Source: Cladosporium halotolerans (taxonomy: Eukaryota). Taken from it: DNA of 64,000 nucleotides. Shown one piece after another: positions 46,962 through 57,237 of this stretch; the stretch's first letter is position 1, and every line of letters starts with the position of its first letter. The stretch covers positions 1 to 64,000 of the forward strand of contig NW_027191483.1 in assembly GCF_011745625.1 (NCBI RefSeq), in the 5' to 3' direction. The notes below the pieces were generated by a model. The model made no database searches and had not been told where the DNA came from. It saw only the letters and a program-made list of their open reading frames with translations. Made by a program: the position numbers and the translations under genes.

Positions 46962-47104
46962 GACGCGCTCACCGCGTGAGCGCGTCGAAGTGGAAGCTTG
47001 GACCATGTCGCCTTCTGGCCTACGACGAGATGATTGCAAATCAGGTTGGGGCAGGACGAGGCAGGCGGCAGGAAAAGCTATTATTTATCCCATATCACAC
47101 GCGT
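46962..47104. promoter_or_regulatory. MCB-like elements in the RFA1 promoter
   Basis: Perfect MCB ACGCGT at 47099-47104. An 11-bp inverted repeat GACGCGCTCAC-cgc-GTGAGCGCGTC at 46962-46986 holds three ACGCG/CGCGT cores. RFA1 is an established MBF (G1/S) target in yeasts. Confidence 0.55.
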
Positions 47105-47393
47105 GGCTAGACCGTTCACACGGGTCTATGTCGCGCAGTCCCGTGACTCAATAAAGTCGACCCTCACTGAAAGTAGAAGGCAACAGCATCGCTGGCCGCC
47201 AATCAACAGAGACGACACGCCATCCTCAACACGAGCGCATTTGTTCAAACCATAAGTGCTTTTCATACAGTCGCACGCTCAAAGTAATGATATCACATAT
47301 GCATCCTCCTGCGCGCCCAAATCTAGGCAGCAGTCCACAACGCTTGCTCCCAAACCCAACCATAAACGCCATTTCAATAATGCTGTCAATCGA

Positions 47394-50300
47394 TTACCAC
47401 CCCCTCCTCTTCCCTCTCTCCTCAGCACCCTTCTCCTTCATCCTCGCCTTCTTCGCGTCAAACTTTTTCTTCTTCTCCTTCGCCCACTTCTCCGGCTCGC
47501 TGACCGCCTCGATGCGCCTCTTGCGCCTGCGCTCGTCGCGCTTCTCCATCGATGCCTTCTTCGCCTTGCCCATCTCCGCGACGAAAGCCTCCGAGCCGAG
47601 CTTCTTCTGGATGAGGTCGAGCGTCTCGCGGGCAAGGTTGGAGAGAGCGACGTAGGCTTCGCCGGGCGGCTGCACGATGGACGGGTCGGTCAGGTTGTAC
47701 AGCGGGCGGATGAGGGTGGCGATGTTGGGGAGCGGCGCGGAGAGGTGGTTGAGCAGCGCGGTTTGAGACTGAAGTGCTGCTGTACGCGTGAAGACCGGAG
47801 TGTTTTCGCGGCGCACGATGGCAGAGAGGCGTGAGAGCAGGTAGCCGATAGCAGTGGTGTCTTGGCCATCCTTCTTGTCCTCTTCTTCGACGTCGTCTTC
47901 CTCCGCATCTTCCTCCGTAGACCGCTCTTTCCACTGCATTCCGTTCGCGGAGAAGGCGCGGCCGAGGAAGACGAGGTTGCGTACCGTGTAGTTCACGGCC
48001 TCGGTTGCATCGGCCGAGCTGGTGCGTAGAACGCGCAGGTTGACGGCGCATGCGGACTTAAGCTCCTTCACACCAAGTTCCAGTCCACCCGAAGCGCGAA
48101 GAGGAAGACTAGCCAGACCAGACTCTGTCTTGGAAGAGGTGCTCGCGGCATCGTTAAAGAGCATACCCTGGAGTTTGGCAGCAACCTCTTGAGCGTCGAA
48201 AGCAGGTACAGTCGAGCGCTGCTGAACGCTCGCCCAAAGAGTGGATCGCTTCTTAGCGAAAGCCCTTTCGGGATGCATTTCGCAGATGGCAGTGAGAAGG
48301 CCGAGAGCAGCGACCAGATGCAAGCGCTCGCCAACAGACTCGACGTCAATCTCAGTTGCCAAGATAGTGTCAAGCTCGTCCAAAAGACCGTCTGCAAACT
48401 TGTCAGTTGGCTTGCTAGACCGGACGAAGATGGCCCAGCACTGCAGAGCCGCCTTTCGGATTGCGATCTTCTTGTCAGCGCCCATCCACTTCTTGATGGT
48501 CTCTCTCAGCGTCTTCTCCCTGTCCTCATCTGCGCTCTCGAAGACTCTGCCGATGAGCACACCAGCCATGTCCCTGCAAGATTTGTCTGTGTCAGAGCCG
48601 AGTCTAGGCACGAGACCGACAAAGAAAGTCAAGAGCAAAGGCTGCAAGGTCTCCTCTCCAACTTTACCGAGCAAACCGTGCAAAACTTCCATCACGCTGT
48701 GGCGGCCAGCAACATGCTCGTAATCCAAGTTCTTGATCAAAAATCCAGTTTGCTTGGTCCAGCGATCCTTGCCCTGGGGGTAGTCCAGCACAAACTGCAA
48801 GTACGCGCTGCGAGCACTCTGTCTCACAGACGCGTCAGGGTTGGTGATCATCATGCGGGCGACTTCGTCCATGACCTCGTAGACTTCCGTGATGACGATC
48901 TTGCGGCCAACGACGGCACGCAAGAAACGGAAGAGGATGCCCTGCCTGTCAGGTTCATCCAGATCCTGCTTGAGAGTCTTGAGCAGAATTGCAATGTCAT
49001 GCTCTTTGACCTTGACGGATCTCTTCTCGCGCAGGATCGCGGTGACGAGGTCCAGGCCAGCCTTGGCGGCGTCGGTAGTGGTACTAGGAGACGCCTTGAT
49101 CATGCCCACAGCTTCCTTGAGATACACAGGAGCGTTTGCCTCGATGGCCGGGAGAGGCACTCGGATAATTGTCGTGACGAGCTTGGCGGCAGCAATCTTG
49201 ACCTCTTCTTGCCCGCCAACAATCGCGTCACCTACGATGGGAAGGTAGCCAGCCATATTGGCAGGCGTCTGAAGGTCTTCGTGACGGCGAACAACTTTGC
49301 GCACCAAATTGAGTGCAAAGCTCGACAGCTTGAAAAGGTACGAGGTTGTGGCTCCCTTGCGGTTGGCCTTCTGCTCCGAGGCGATCAGGTACCTGCTAAC
49401 CCTGTAGTCTTCCTCAGCAGCCTGAGCGGCAGGTTTGGCTTCTTGCGCGTAGACCTGTCGGACCATTTCGTGGCAGAAGATGAGCATGTCTCTCGAGTCA
49501 GCCGCCGGGTTCTGATCGACACCTTTCCTGACTCGCACGAGCAGGTCATCGATCTTCTTGACCATCTTATTGTCTAGTCTCTCGGACAACATGGCTCGGA
49601 TCGGCAGCATCAGCTGGCCAAGGTGGGTGATCGAAGCGGATCGGGCGAGGATCTCTGTGGTGTCGTAGCTCTTGCTGCTCTTGATTTCTTTCATGCTGGT
49701 GGTGTACTCTTCAGCTTCTTTCTCTTGGCCAGTCACGCCGAAAATGTCGTCCATGACAACAGCCATCATGTCAGGCAAGCAAGAGTCAAGGTCGCCCGGT
49801 TGGAACTGATCAGCGTTGGTGACCAGCAGGTAGTGTACCGTGAAAGACAAGACGTGCAGCTGGTAACCACGCTGCAGGGCGCTACGCAGCTCCTTGAGCA
49901 TGAAGTTGAGATAGGTCGGTCCCACGAGTCGCAAGATAGTAGAGAAGGTGCGGCGTGTCTGTTCTCGGGCTTCGAGGTCGCGACTCTTCAAGATGTGAGA
50001 GATGTCGGTGAGCGTAGGTGCGAGTCTGCCGACGAACTCGTTCTCAGGTAGCAGAAGCAGAAGCTTGACGATGGAAACGGCAACAGTGACACGCCTATCC
50101 ACCGTTGACTCGTCTTTGCGGTGCAAATACTCAGACAGCGGTGGAAGGAACTCTTCCATGATCACTCGCTGCCTGTTCGTGCGTGAGGCTTCTTGCTCGT
50201 CCGTGTTCATTGCGGTCTCTTGCTGGTTGTTCATGCGCGCAGTCAATCCGTCGACCAACGCACTGATCAGCCTCAAGACCACCTTCTCTTGGTCAGGGTT

Positions 50301-53300
50301 CTTCTTCAGTTCTCCGAAGTAGCGCTTCATGACGGACCGGTAGTCGGACCATTTCAGGTTCTTCGCCAATGAGCCAATTGTGACCACGGTCTGGTCAGAT
50401 AGCGTTCGGCCAGCATCGCCTTCAGCTTGGTCGAAGATGAACTGTTCCAGCAGGGGGAGGAAGATACGGCTCACGTTGTGAGACTTGAGCTTCGGTTCCT
50501 CGGTGAGTCGGCGCAGAGCACGTAGACGGCGATGTTGCTGAATGTGCAGAACATTGGTGAAGAAAGAGGCTTCCTCATCTCCGTCAACCCCAAGAGCTGC
50601 CATATCGGTGACCTCAGTCCATTCCGTGCAGTGTTCCACTACACGTCCGAGCAGGCGCAGGTATTCCGCACGAACGAGCTCTGAGGGCTCTTTCATGCCG
50701 CGCTGGATAGCCGGGAAGAGATCGCTCTTGATCAAGTCAAGGTTACCACTCTTGCCCGACGCCACGATGAGCAGTTCGAGCGCGCGTGTTGCGCTGGCAC
50801 GATTGACCGTGTCATCTTCGTCACGAATGAACAGCATGCAGTTGTGCATCAGAGGAAGCCACTGATCGTTCGAGAACTTCTCGGCGTTCTCATAGATGCG
50901 GGCAAAGCCCTGCTCCTTGCGATCATGATCCGGTTCGTTAAGGCGAGTCGGATCAAGCGCGTTGATCTCCTCGCAAATGTCGGCGCTCTCTGCGAGTGCT
51001 CCATCTCCTTTACAAAGCTTGACGAGTGCAGTAGAGAAAAGCTTACGGCTCTCGAGGTCACGCAGACGGGAAAACAGTCCCGAGATAGACTGGTAGACAG
51101 TCTTAGGAGGCGCAGCTGTGCCCATCGTATCAAGCAGAGGCATCATAGTGCGCACCAAACCAGCCTTGACAGATGGGTGTACGAAGTTACCGGGTTGACG
51201 CAAGAGGTTTGCGCAGACTTGTATGATCTCTTCAGCCTGCTTCGGATCGGTGATGCGCTCAGCGAGCTGGATAGTACTCTTGACGCATACTGAGAGGACA
51301 TCGCTGGCGGGTTGCTGTTGGCTCAAGATGCTGGAGATGCTTGCTACAAATGCTGAAACGTATGGCTGGAAGGAATCAGTGATGGCGGCATTCGAAACCA
51401 GACGATCGAGGATGTCTCTCAAGATATAGATCTTGACTTGGTTCTGAGCTCCTGAATGCTCAAGCAACTCAGCTAGGCCAGTGAGGATGCGGCGGTCCTC
51501 GAATAGATGTGCAGTGTAAGATGTAGACTTGCTCCATGCCGCAAATAACCGCAGCATTGCAGAGATACCCTGCAAGTTCTCGGAGGCAAAGTTATCCAGA
51601 CGAGGCGACACCAGCTCAGAGACTATGGCCTTTCCTTGGCTAGAAAGATCGAGATCTTCGGTGTCCGCGAACACCTTAACGAGACACTGGAGTCCAGTCT
51701 GACGAATAGCTTTATTCAGAGAAGCATCCTCAACAGTCTCCTTCTCCTGGTTATCCAGTCGCTTAGCGGCAGAGACTGTACAAAGGAGTGCAGTATCCGC
51801 CAACTTGATTGCATAAGGTTCCAAGTTCGATCCCAGGGTCTCGAGCATATCGTTGACCATGTTGAGCATACCGACCTGTTGGCGCAGGGGCATCGTCAGG
51901 TTCGCGGCACTGACAACGCCGTCTTCCGTACGTGTCTTTGCGACTGCAATGTCAATAAAATCCGCCAGCACCTTCGTGTCATACTGCGACAACGCAACGA
52001 AAATGGCCTTACGGCGAGCGTTTTGGTTGTCTTTCGCACCGCCCACAGCCCTTCCATACAGTAGCCTGAGTAGTACAGGCATGACAGCAGCTTGGTCCGC
52101 GGGCTTCAAAGCGTCGTCTCCCTCACCTTGAAGGAACACAGACAGCTCTTCGCGGAATCGTGCATCGTCCAAAAAGTTCATGAGACGCTCTTGGTTGCGC
52201 TTGAGGGCTGGCTCTTTCCAGGCCAGGATAGCCTTCAGCGCCGAGGTCTGGATCTCTACATCACCGTTTGCGCAAAGGTTCAGGAGGGCATCGTGAACCT
52301 CGGAAGCTTTGTAGAGTACTCTAGGGTTGTTGAATTTCGCAACCACTGCAAGCATGGCCTTTTGGTCTTTTCGCGCCCATCTTTCGGTATCTGAGGACTG
52401 CTCTTCCTCATCGCTTGCGCCCGCCCACTGCAGAAGTATGGGAACGAGCAGGCGCGATCTCTTCTCCGCGAGATGGGGGCTCCTATCTAACACCTTCAAA
52501 GCCTGTGTCCTGGAGCTCTCGGTGTTGGTGGACAAACGCTGATGTTCGAGTCGGAACGCGTGCTCCGGTTGAGCATAGCCTCCATAAGGCTCATTGAACA
52601 CCTGGTCAGATATGGAGCTCACTTTCGCGAGGTTGGAGCACTCGAAATCGGAAGCGACATGTGCTGCTTCAGATTCGAGACTGATAGGCTGTGGTTGAGG
52701 ACCATCTTGATCACGCTTGTCCTTCTGACCTTTCAGCCAAGTCTGAATCAGCGCAACGATCGTCTCCTCGCCGCTTTGGTCGTTGCACATCGACGCCAGC
52801 GCTTCGATCGCGTCTGTCCACGCTTGCGCAAGCCTGACATGGAGCAGGCCGAAGCAGAATGTTGGGATCGCTTTCTTCAGAGTAATGTCGGACTCGATGT
52901 TCTTGAATGCTGCCGCCAATCGGCGGATGTTCATGGAGACACTGCGGCTGGTCTCAATGTTAAGCGGCGTCGATTCTAAAAGGATAGCAATGCTCAGGAC
53001 TTCAGGTGTTTCCTGGCCTCTTCGTTTGTAAATCGCTTCGAGAATGTCAAGGCTCTCCGATCTGAGATGATGGGATGGAAGTGCCAAAGATCGAACCAAA
53101 GAATCAAGCAAAACGTCCATGTGAGGTCCAGTTACATCAAGCTCCTCCTTGCTCTTGATAAGTTTGCGCATGCTCGACCAGAAAGGAGCAAGGCCAAAAG
53201 CGTGAGCGCTTGAAGAGCAAAGAGATGGCCAAAATGCGGCCACCGGTGATGAAACGTTCACAGCAGCCGACAGAGCATTTCCCAGGCTGAAGTCAGTGAG

Positions 53301-54965
53301 CAACTCGTTTGCCGATGTTTCTGAAGCGTCCAATCCAGACTTCACAAGACGGGCCAGGATGGTTCTTAGGCGCTCTTGATTTTGCGTCTCGAGCTTGACA
53401 AGTCGTATCGTCTGCAGGACCAAATTTGCAGATGCAATACTTGAGACATCGACATCCGATTTCGAAGGATCCATTGCTTCCAGTTGCTCCAGCATGTACT
53501 TTTGCATCTCCTTTGGGCACTGCATCTTAGAATCTGAGCCCGAGGCAGCCAACCGGGGCAACTGCTGCAATAACGCTGTCGGGTCGTGTTTCCACGATGC
53601 GACAATGAATTTCTGCAGATGGGGTACCACAAATTGCTGGTATCTCTCGTCGCCTAGCCGGGCGAATAGGTCGCAGAACTGCAAGAAATGCGGGATCCAT
53701 TCAGGCTGCCGGATCAAATCCAGAAGACCGAGTGCAGGAAGGACAGCTTCGACTGTAGCTGATTGCATGACAACTGCGAGTGCCGACAGTACACTGTGCT
53801 TTGTCGTTGGGCTGAGCAGCGGCTGCTTCGTTCCTGCTTTCACAAGGGTTGACACGATCTTGACGATCCCGCTCCATTCCTGTATCCTTGCAGCTTTCCT
53901 GACAGATACTATCGTGAAAATTGTCCGGCCGGTAAAAGAGGCCATCGATTCGTTCACATCTTCTTCTGTAACTTCCAGTTCGCTCACCACGAGCTTTGCA
54001 ACAGGCTGGAAAGTCTCAGGTGTGGTGTAGTGAATTATACTGGTGAGTGAACCAGCCACAATCTCCATGCTCGTATCATTGAACGTCTTGCGCACATTTC
54101 TCATCAGACTCTTGATGACCGCCAGACCACTAGTGTGGATGCCGTGCTGGATGCCCTTGACAGCTTCCGTTAGCAGGGTCATCACACCCTGTCGGTGCAG
54201 ATTCGCTGATCGGGCAGATTCTGAAGCAGTGCAATCCTCCAGGATGTGGCCCAAGATACGATCGAGAGGCTCCTGGTCTCTGTCGTACACAGTTGCCGCC
54301 TTCCTAACCAGAAAGCTCATGGACTCAGCGGCGAAGCGGACAATGAAGGGCTTTTGGGGTTCCTTCCCCATGTACACGGACATGAGGTCATATACGGGAC
54401 GCAAATCCGGAGTCAAGAGTCGCGACAGATACTTGAACAGCCAGGCCAAGCACGTAAAGCTCCATTCGACAACTGCAGGATCGGGGTGCTTGGAAGCGAC
54501 GCTAGCCACGGTGCTCACGGCTCGCGCGAAGTGCTTCTCAAAGCGGGTATCCATATCGTGCGCAAAGCGAGAAAGCAAGCTGAGGAGAGCCTCCATAGCA
54601 AGCCCATCTGCCTTTGCAATGTACTCCACCAGAAGGTCCATGATCTTCTCTTCATTGTACAGAACCGAAGGCAGGTTGTCACACAGCGGCGCAACCTCTT
54701 TCGCAAAGTTGCCAAAGGTCTCCGACAAGTTCAGGTCCCTCCATTCTGTAAGAGATCTTCCAAAATATGTGTCAGATTCGTTCGACAGGGCCTCGGAGTC
54801 GACTTGGTTTCTCTTTCGTCTGATCGGGTCGATTCTAAGATTTGCGATGCGCTGGGAAAACGGCTGGAAGCGGTGATTTTTCGTTGTGACGGTGGTGCGC
54901 TTGGTGTCTTTTTTCGGTTTGACCACCGCAGATGGCTTAGCCACCTTTCCCTTTGAAATGGCCAT
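47394..54965 (-). CDS. UTP20: U3 snoRNA-associated protein 20 (SSU processome, HEAT repeats / DRIM domain)
   Basis: ~2520-aa intronless ORF: HRFQPFSQRI..LRIDP, EWRDLNLS..F, LHIQQHRRLRAL, ELRSALQRGYQLHVLSFTVH, C-terminal KRDERRRKRRIEAVSEPE. Confidence 0.96.
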   Translation of the reverse strand: MAISKGKVAKPSAVVKPKKDTKRTTVTTKNHRFQPFSQRIANLRIDPIRRKRNQVDSEALSNESDTYFGRSLTEWRDLNLSETFGNFAKEVAPLCDNLPSVLYNEEKIMDLLVEYIAKADGLAMEALLSLLSRFAHDMDTRFEKHFARAVSTVASVASKHPDPAVVEWSFTCLAWLFKYLSRLLTPDLRPVYDLMSVYMGKEPQKPFIVRFAAESMSFLVRKAATVYDRDQEPLDRILGHILEDCTASESARSANLHRQGVMTLLTEAVKGIQHGIHTSGLAVIKSLMRNVRKTFNDTSMEIVAGSLTSIIHYTTPETFQPVAKLVVSELEVTEEDVNESMASFTGRTIFTIVSVRKAARIQEWSGIVKIVSTLVKAGTKQPLLSPTTKHSVLSALAVVMQSATVEAVLPALGLLDLIRQPEWIPHFLQFCDLFARLGDERYQQFVVPHLQKFIVASWKHDPTALLQQLPRLAASGSDSKMQCPKEMQKYMLEQLEAMDPSKSDVDVSSIASANLVLQTIRLVKLETQNQERLRTILARLVKSGLDASETSANELLTDFSLGNALSAAVNVSSPVAAFWPSLCSSSAHAFGLAPFWSSMRKLIKSKEELDVTGPHMDVLLDSLVRSLALPSHHLRSESLDILEAIYKRRGQETPEVLSIAILLESTPLNIETSRSVSMNIRRLAAAFKNIESDITLKKAIPTFCFGLLHVRLAQAWTDAIEALASMCNDQSGEETIVALIQTWLKGQKDKRDQDGPQPQPISLESEAAHVASDFECSNLAKVSSISDQVFNEPYGGYAQPEHAFRLEHQRLSTNTESSRTQALKVLDRSPHLAEKRSRLLVPILLQWAGASDEEEQSSDTERWARKDQKAMLAVVAKFNNPRVLYKASEVHDALLNLCANGDVEIQTSALKAILAWKEPALKRNQERLMNFLDDARFREELSVFLQGEGDDALKPADQAAVMPVLLRLLYGRAVGGAKDNQNARRKAIFVALSQYDTKVLADFIDIAVAKTRTEDGVVSAANLTMPLRQQVGMLNMVNDMLETLGSNLEPYAIKLADTALLCTVSAAKRLDNQEKETVEDASLNKAIRQTGLQCLVKVFADTEDLDLSSQGKAIVSELVSPRLDNFASENLQGISAMLRLFAAWSKSTSYTAHLFEDRRILTGLAELLEHSGAQNQVKIYILRDILDRLVSNAAITDSFQPYVSAFVASISSILSQQQPASDVLSVCVKSTIQLAERITDPKQAEEIIQVCANLLRQPGNFVHPSVKAGLVRTMMPLLDTMGTAAPPKTVYQSISGLFSRLRDLESRKLFSTALVKLCKGDGALAESADICEEINALDPTRLNEPDHDRKEQGFARIYENAEKFSNDQWLPLMHNCMLFIRDEDDTVNRASATRALELLIVASGKSGNLDLIKSDLFPAIQRGMKEPSELVRAEYLRLLGRVVEHCTEWTEVTDMAALGVDGDEEASFFTNVLHIQQHRRLRALRRLTEEPKLKSHNVSRIFLPLLEQFIFDQAEGDAGRTLSDQTVVTIGSLAKNLKWSDYRSVMKRYFGELKKNPDQEKVVLRLISALVDGLTARMNNQQETAMNTDEQEASRTNRQRVIMEEFLPPLSEYLHRKDESTVDRRVTVAVSIVKLLLLLPENEFVGRLAPTLTDISHILKSRDLEAREQTRRTFSTILRLVGPTYLNFMLKELRSALQRGYQLHVLSFTVHYLLVTNADQFQPGDLDSCLPDMMAVVMDDIFGVTGQEKEAEEYTTSMKEIKSSKSYDTTEILARSASITHLGQLMLPIRAMLSERLDNKMVKKIDDLLVRVRKGVDQNPAADSRDMLIFCHEMVRQVYAQEAKPAAQAAEEDYRVSRYLIASEQKANRKGATTSYLFKLSSFALNLVRKVVRRHEDLQTPANMAGYLPIVGDAIVGGQEEVKIAAAKLVTTIIRVPLPAIEANAPVYLKEAVGMIKASPSTTTDAAKAGLDLVTAILREKRSVKVKEHDIAILLKTLKQDLDEPDRQGILFRFLRAVVGRKIVITEVYEVMDEVARMMITNPDASVRQSARSAYLQFVLDYPQGKDRWTKQTGFLIKNLDYEHVAGRHSVMEVLHGLLGKVGEETLQPLLLTFFVGLVPRLGSDTDKSCRDMAGVLIGRVFESADEDREKTLRETIKKWMGADKKIAIRKAALQCWAIFVRSSKPTDKFADGLLDELDTILATEIDVESVGERLHLVAALGLLTAICEMHPERAFAKKRSTLWASVQQRSTVPAFDAQEVAAKLQGMLFNDAASTSSKTESGLASLPLRASGGLELGVKELKSACAVNLRVLRTSSADATEAVNYTVRNLVFLGRAFSANGMQWKERSTEEDAEEDDVEEEDKKDGQDTTAIGYLLSRLSAIVRRENTPVFTRTAALQSQTALLNHLSAPLPNIATLIRPLYNLTDPSIVQPPGEAYVALSNLARETLDLIQKKLGSEAFVAEMGKAKKASMEKRDERRRKRRIEAVSEPEKWAKEKKKKFDAKKARMKEKGAEERGKRRGW

Positions 54966-55347
54966 TTTCACATCCTCCGCCTGCGTGATGTGAACTCAGC
55001 AAGCCGCGGCTTGAAGATCTCGAAGACAAAAAGTTCCAAAGCCAAAGCCCGTGCCTCGTCTGGGGGCGGGTGCAGCCGAGCGCCACTTGAGGCTTGTGAA
55101 CGCGCATGTGAGAACTTCAGATCGGCTTGAGCTCGCAGCTCACTTACCTTCTGTTCACGTGATCGGCTTTGCGTCTACTTAATCAACTAATTTTGCCTTG
55201 CTTCTCTTCTAAGCCAGGAGCTTCAATTATTTGCCAAACAACCCTTCCTCTCAACCTGCTGCGAACGATCTCACTCGCACACAGGATACAACGGTCAACA
55301 TCAGCCAAACCGCGCTGAGGCGCTGAACTCAATCCACAACCACAACC

Positions 55348-56970
55348 ATGGCGCAAAAGATTGTTGTGACCGGAGATATCAATGGTCAACTGAACCAATT
55401 CTTCACAAAACTGTCAACCCTTCAAGCGAGACAACAATTCGCATTCGCCGTCATTGCCGGCAATCTCTTCGCAGACCCCGAAAACACTTCACCACAAGAA
55501 GCCGAGGATCTGGCAAAACTCGTCAAGGGCGAGATTGAAGTACCGGTCACGACCTACTTCTCTATCGGCCACCGTGCCCTGCCCAGTATCGTCATCGAAA
55601 AGCTCCAAAGTAACGACGGCGAGCTCTGCACAAACCTGATCGCGCTCGGACGCAAAGGACGCGTCAAGACTTCAGAAGGCTTCAACATCGTCGCCATTGG
55701 AGGCAAGCATCAGTCAGGCGACGAGCCCGCAAATGCCTACGACGCATCCTTTAGCGACAAAGATGCCAACACCGCCAAGGGCTACAACGACGCCGACATC
55801 CTAATCACAAGCGAATGGCCAGCTGGCGTAGCCGACGGCTCAAAAGCCCCTCCCACATCCCCAGCACCCGCCAGCTCCGAGTCCCTCTCGGACCTCTGCA
55901 CAGCCCTCAAACCCCGCTACCACTTCTCCTCCTCTCCAGCCTTCTGGGAACGCGAGCCCTTCTTCCACGCCACAGACCCCCCTCGCCCAATCACCCGCTT
56001 CCTCTCCCTGGCCCCCTTCGGCAACCCCTCCAAATCAAAATGGATCTACGCCTTCACCCTCGAGCCCTCCGCCGAACCAACCCAGCACCTCCCACCCGAC
56101 ACAACTGCCTCCCCCTTCCTCCAAACCCGCAAACGCAAAGCCCTCTCCAGCCAACAAGACTCCTACAACGCCCTGCGCTTCTCCACAGACGACAACCCGC
56201 GCTCCCACGGCGGCGGTCGCGGCCGCGGCAAACGCCACAAAGCCGGCCCGCCAGACCCCGCCGAGTGCTACTTCTGCCTCTCAAACCCGCAGTGCGAGTC
56301 GCACATGATCGCCTCCATCGGCGAAGAGTCCTACCTCACGACCGCCAAAGGGCCCCTCCCCCTGCCCAACACCTTCCCAGCTCTCGGCGGCGCCCTCCCA
56401 GGCCACGTGCTGATCATCCCCGTCTCGCACGTGCCGACCCTCGACGCCCTCGAAGACTCCGCAACCCGCGAGCGCGTCCGCGCCGAAATGCAAAAGTACC
56501 GCGCGAGCCTGCACGCGATGCTCCGCGCGCGCGGCGACGGGAGCCTCGGCGCCGTGACGTGGGAGATCGCGCGCGCGGGCGGCGTGCACGCGCACTGGCA
56601 GCTGCTGCCCGTGCCCTCGGACCTGGTATCCAAGGGCCTCGTGGAGGCGGGCTTCCGCGTCGAAGCGGAGAAAGCCGCCTACCCGACGTCGTTCCTCACG
56701 GAGCGCTCCGAGGTCGCGGCCGCGGAAGCCGAGGGGGACTACTTCAAGGTGCGGATGTGGAGTGCGGAGGGTGGGGAGAGGGAGATGGTGCTGCCGCTGG
56801 ACGCGACGTTCAGGTTTGACTTGCAGTTTGGGCGGCGCGTGCTGGGGAAGTTGCTAGGGTTGGAGAAGAGGGCGCATTGGAAGGATTGTGGGCAGAGTCG
56901 GGCGGAGGAGGAGAGGGAGTGTGAGGTGTTGAAGGGGGTGTTTGCGGAGTTTGATTTTACGGCGGCGTGA
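55348..56970 (+). CDS. DRN1: CWF19-like protein 1 (Drn1/Mug161-like; metallophosphoesterase-like N-terminus plus CwfJ domains)
   Basis: KIVVTGDING, ADILITSEWP, LKPRYHF, CYFCLSNP....HMIASIG..SYLTTAKGPL, GHVLIIP..H, HAHWQLLPVP, FDLQFGRRVL. Divergent from UTP20 across ~380 bp. Confidence 0.9.
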   Translation: MAQKIVVTGDINGQLNQFFTKLSTLQARQQFAFAVIAGNLFADPENTSPQEAEDLAKLVKGEIEVPVTTYFSIGHRALPSIVIEKLQSNDGELCTNLIALGRKGRVKTSEGFNIVAIGGKHQSGDEPANAYDASFSDKDANTAKGYNDADILITSEWPAGVADGSKAPPTSPAPASSESLSDLCTALKPRYHFSSSPAFWEREPFFHATDPPRPITRFLSLAPFGNPSKSKWIYAFTLEPSAEPTQHLPPDTTASPFLQTRKRKALSSQQDSYNALRFSTDDNPRSHGGGRGRGKRHKAGPPDPAECYFCLSNPQCESHMIASIGEESYLTTAKGPLPLPNTFPALGGALPGHVLIIPVSHVPTLDALEDSATRERVRAEMQKYRASLHAMLRARGDGSLGAVTWEIARAGGVHAHWQLLPVPSDLVSKGLVEAGFRVEAEKAAYPTSFLTERSEVAAAEAEGDYFKVRMWSAEGGEREMVLPLDATFRFDLQFGRRVLGKLLGLEKRAHWKDCGQSRAEEERECEVLKGVFAEFDFTAA

Positions 56971-57237
56971 GGGGCCTTGAGGCGAGAGGGAGTTGAGGGG
57001 GAGGATTGAGTCGTGAGCGGATGCATGAAGTTAAAGAAGCTGTATAGTATGATTACGACCGGAAAGCCGGCCTCCTGGCCCAGATGGCCGAATGCCCGTA
57101 ATGCACCTATTCCAACCCATGAGCCTCGCTCGCTTGCACACCATTCATTACCATACGCCAGACGTGAAGATACCGAAATGCCACAAAACACCCATGTAGA
57201 CCAAACCCCTTCTTTCCAAAACAATCAAACTAATCCA

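Noticed and set aside
46821..47039. In-frame N-terminal extension of RFA1 (ORF track start 47039, ATG 47006)
   Set aside because: It runs through MCB promoter elements, so it is probably upstream of the TSS; ATG 46820 matches the expected RPA70 N-terminus.
54981..55147. Possible UTP20 5'-UTR intron (AG|GTAAGT at 55147 to CAG at 54981) hosting a snoRNA
   Set aside because: No good branch point and no C/D or H/ACA boxes seen; the donor may lie upstream of the TSS in the short bidirectional promoter.
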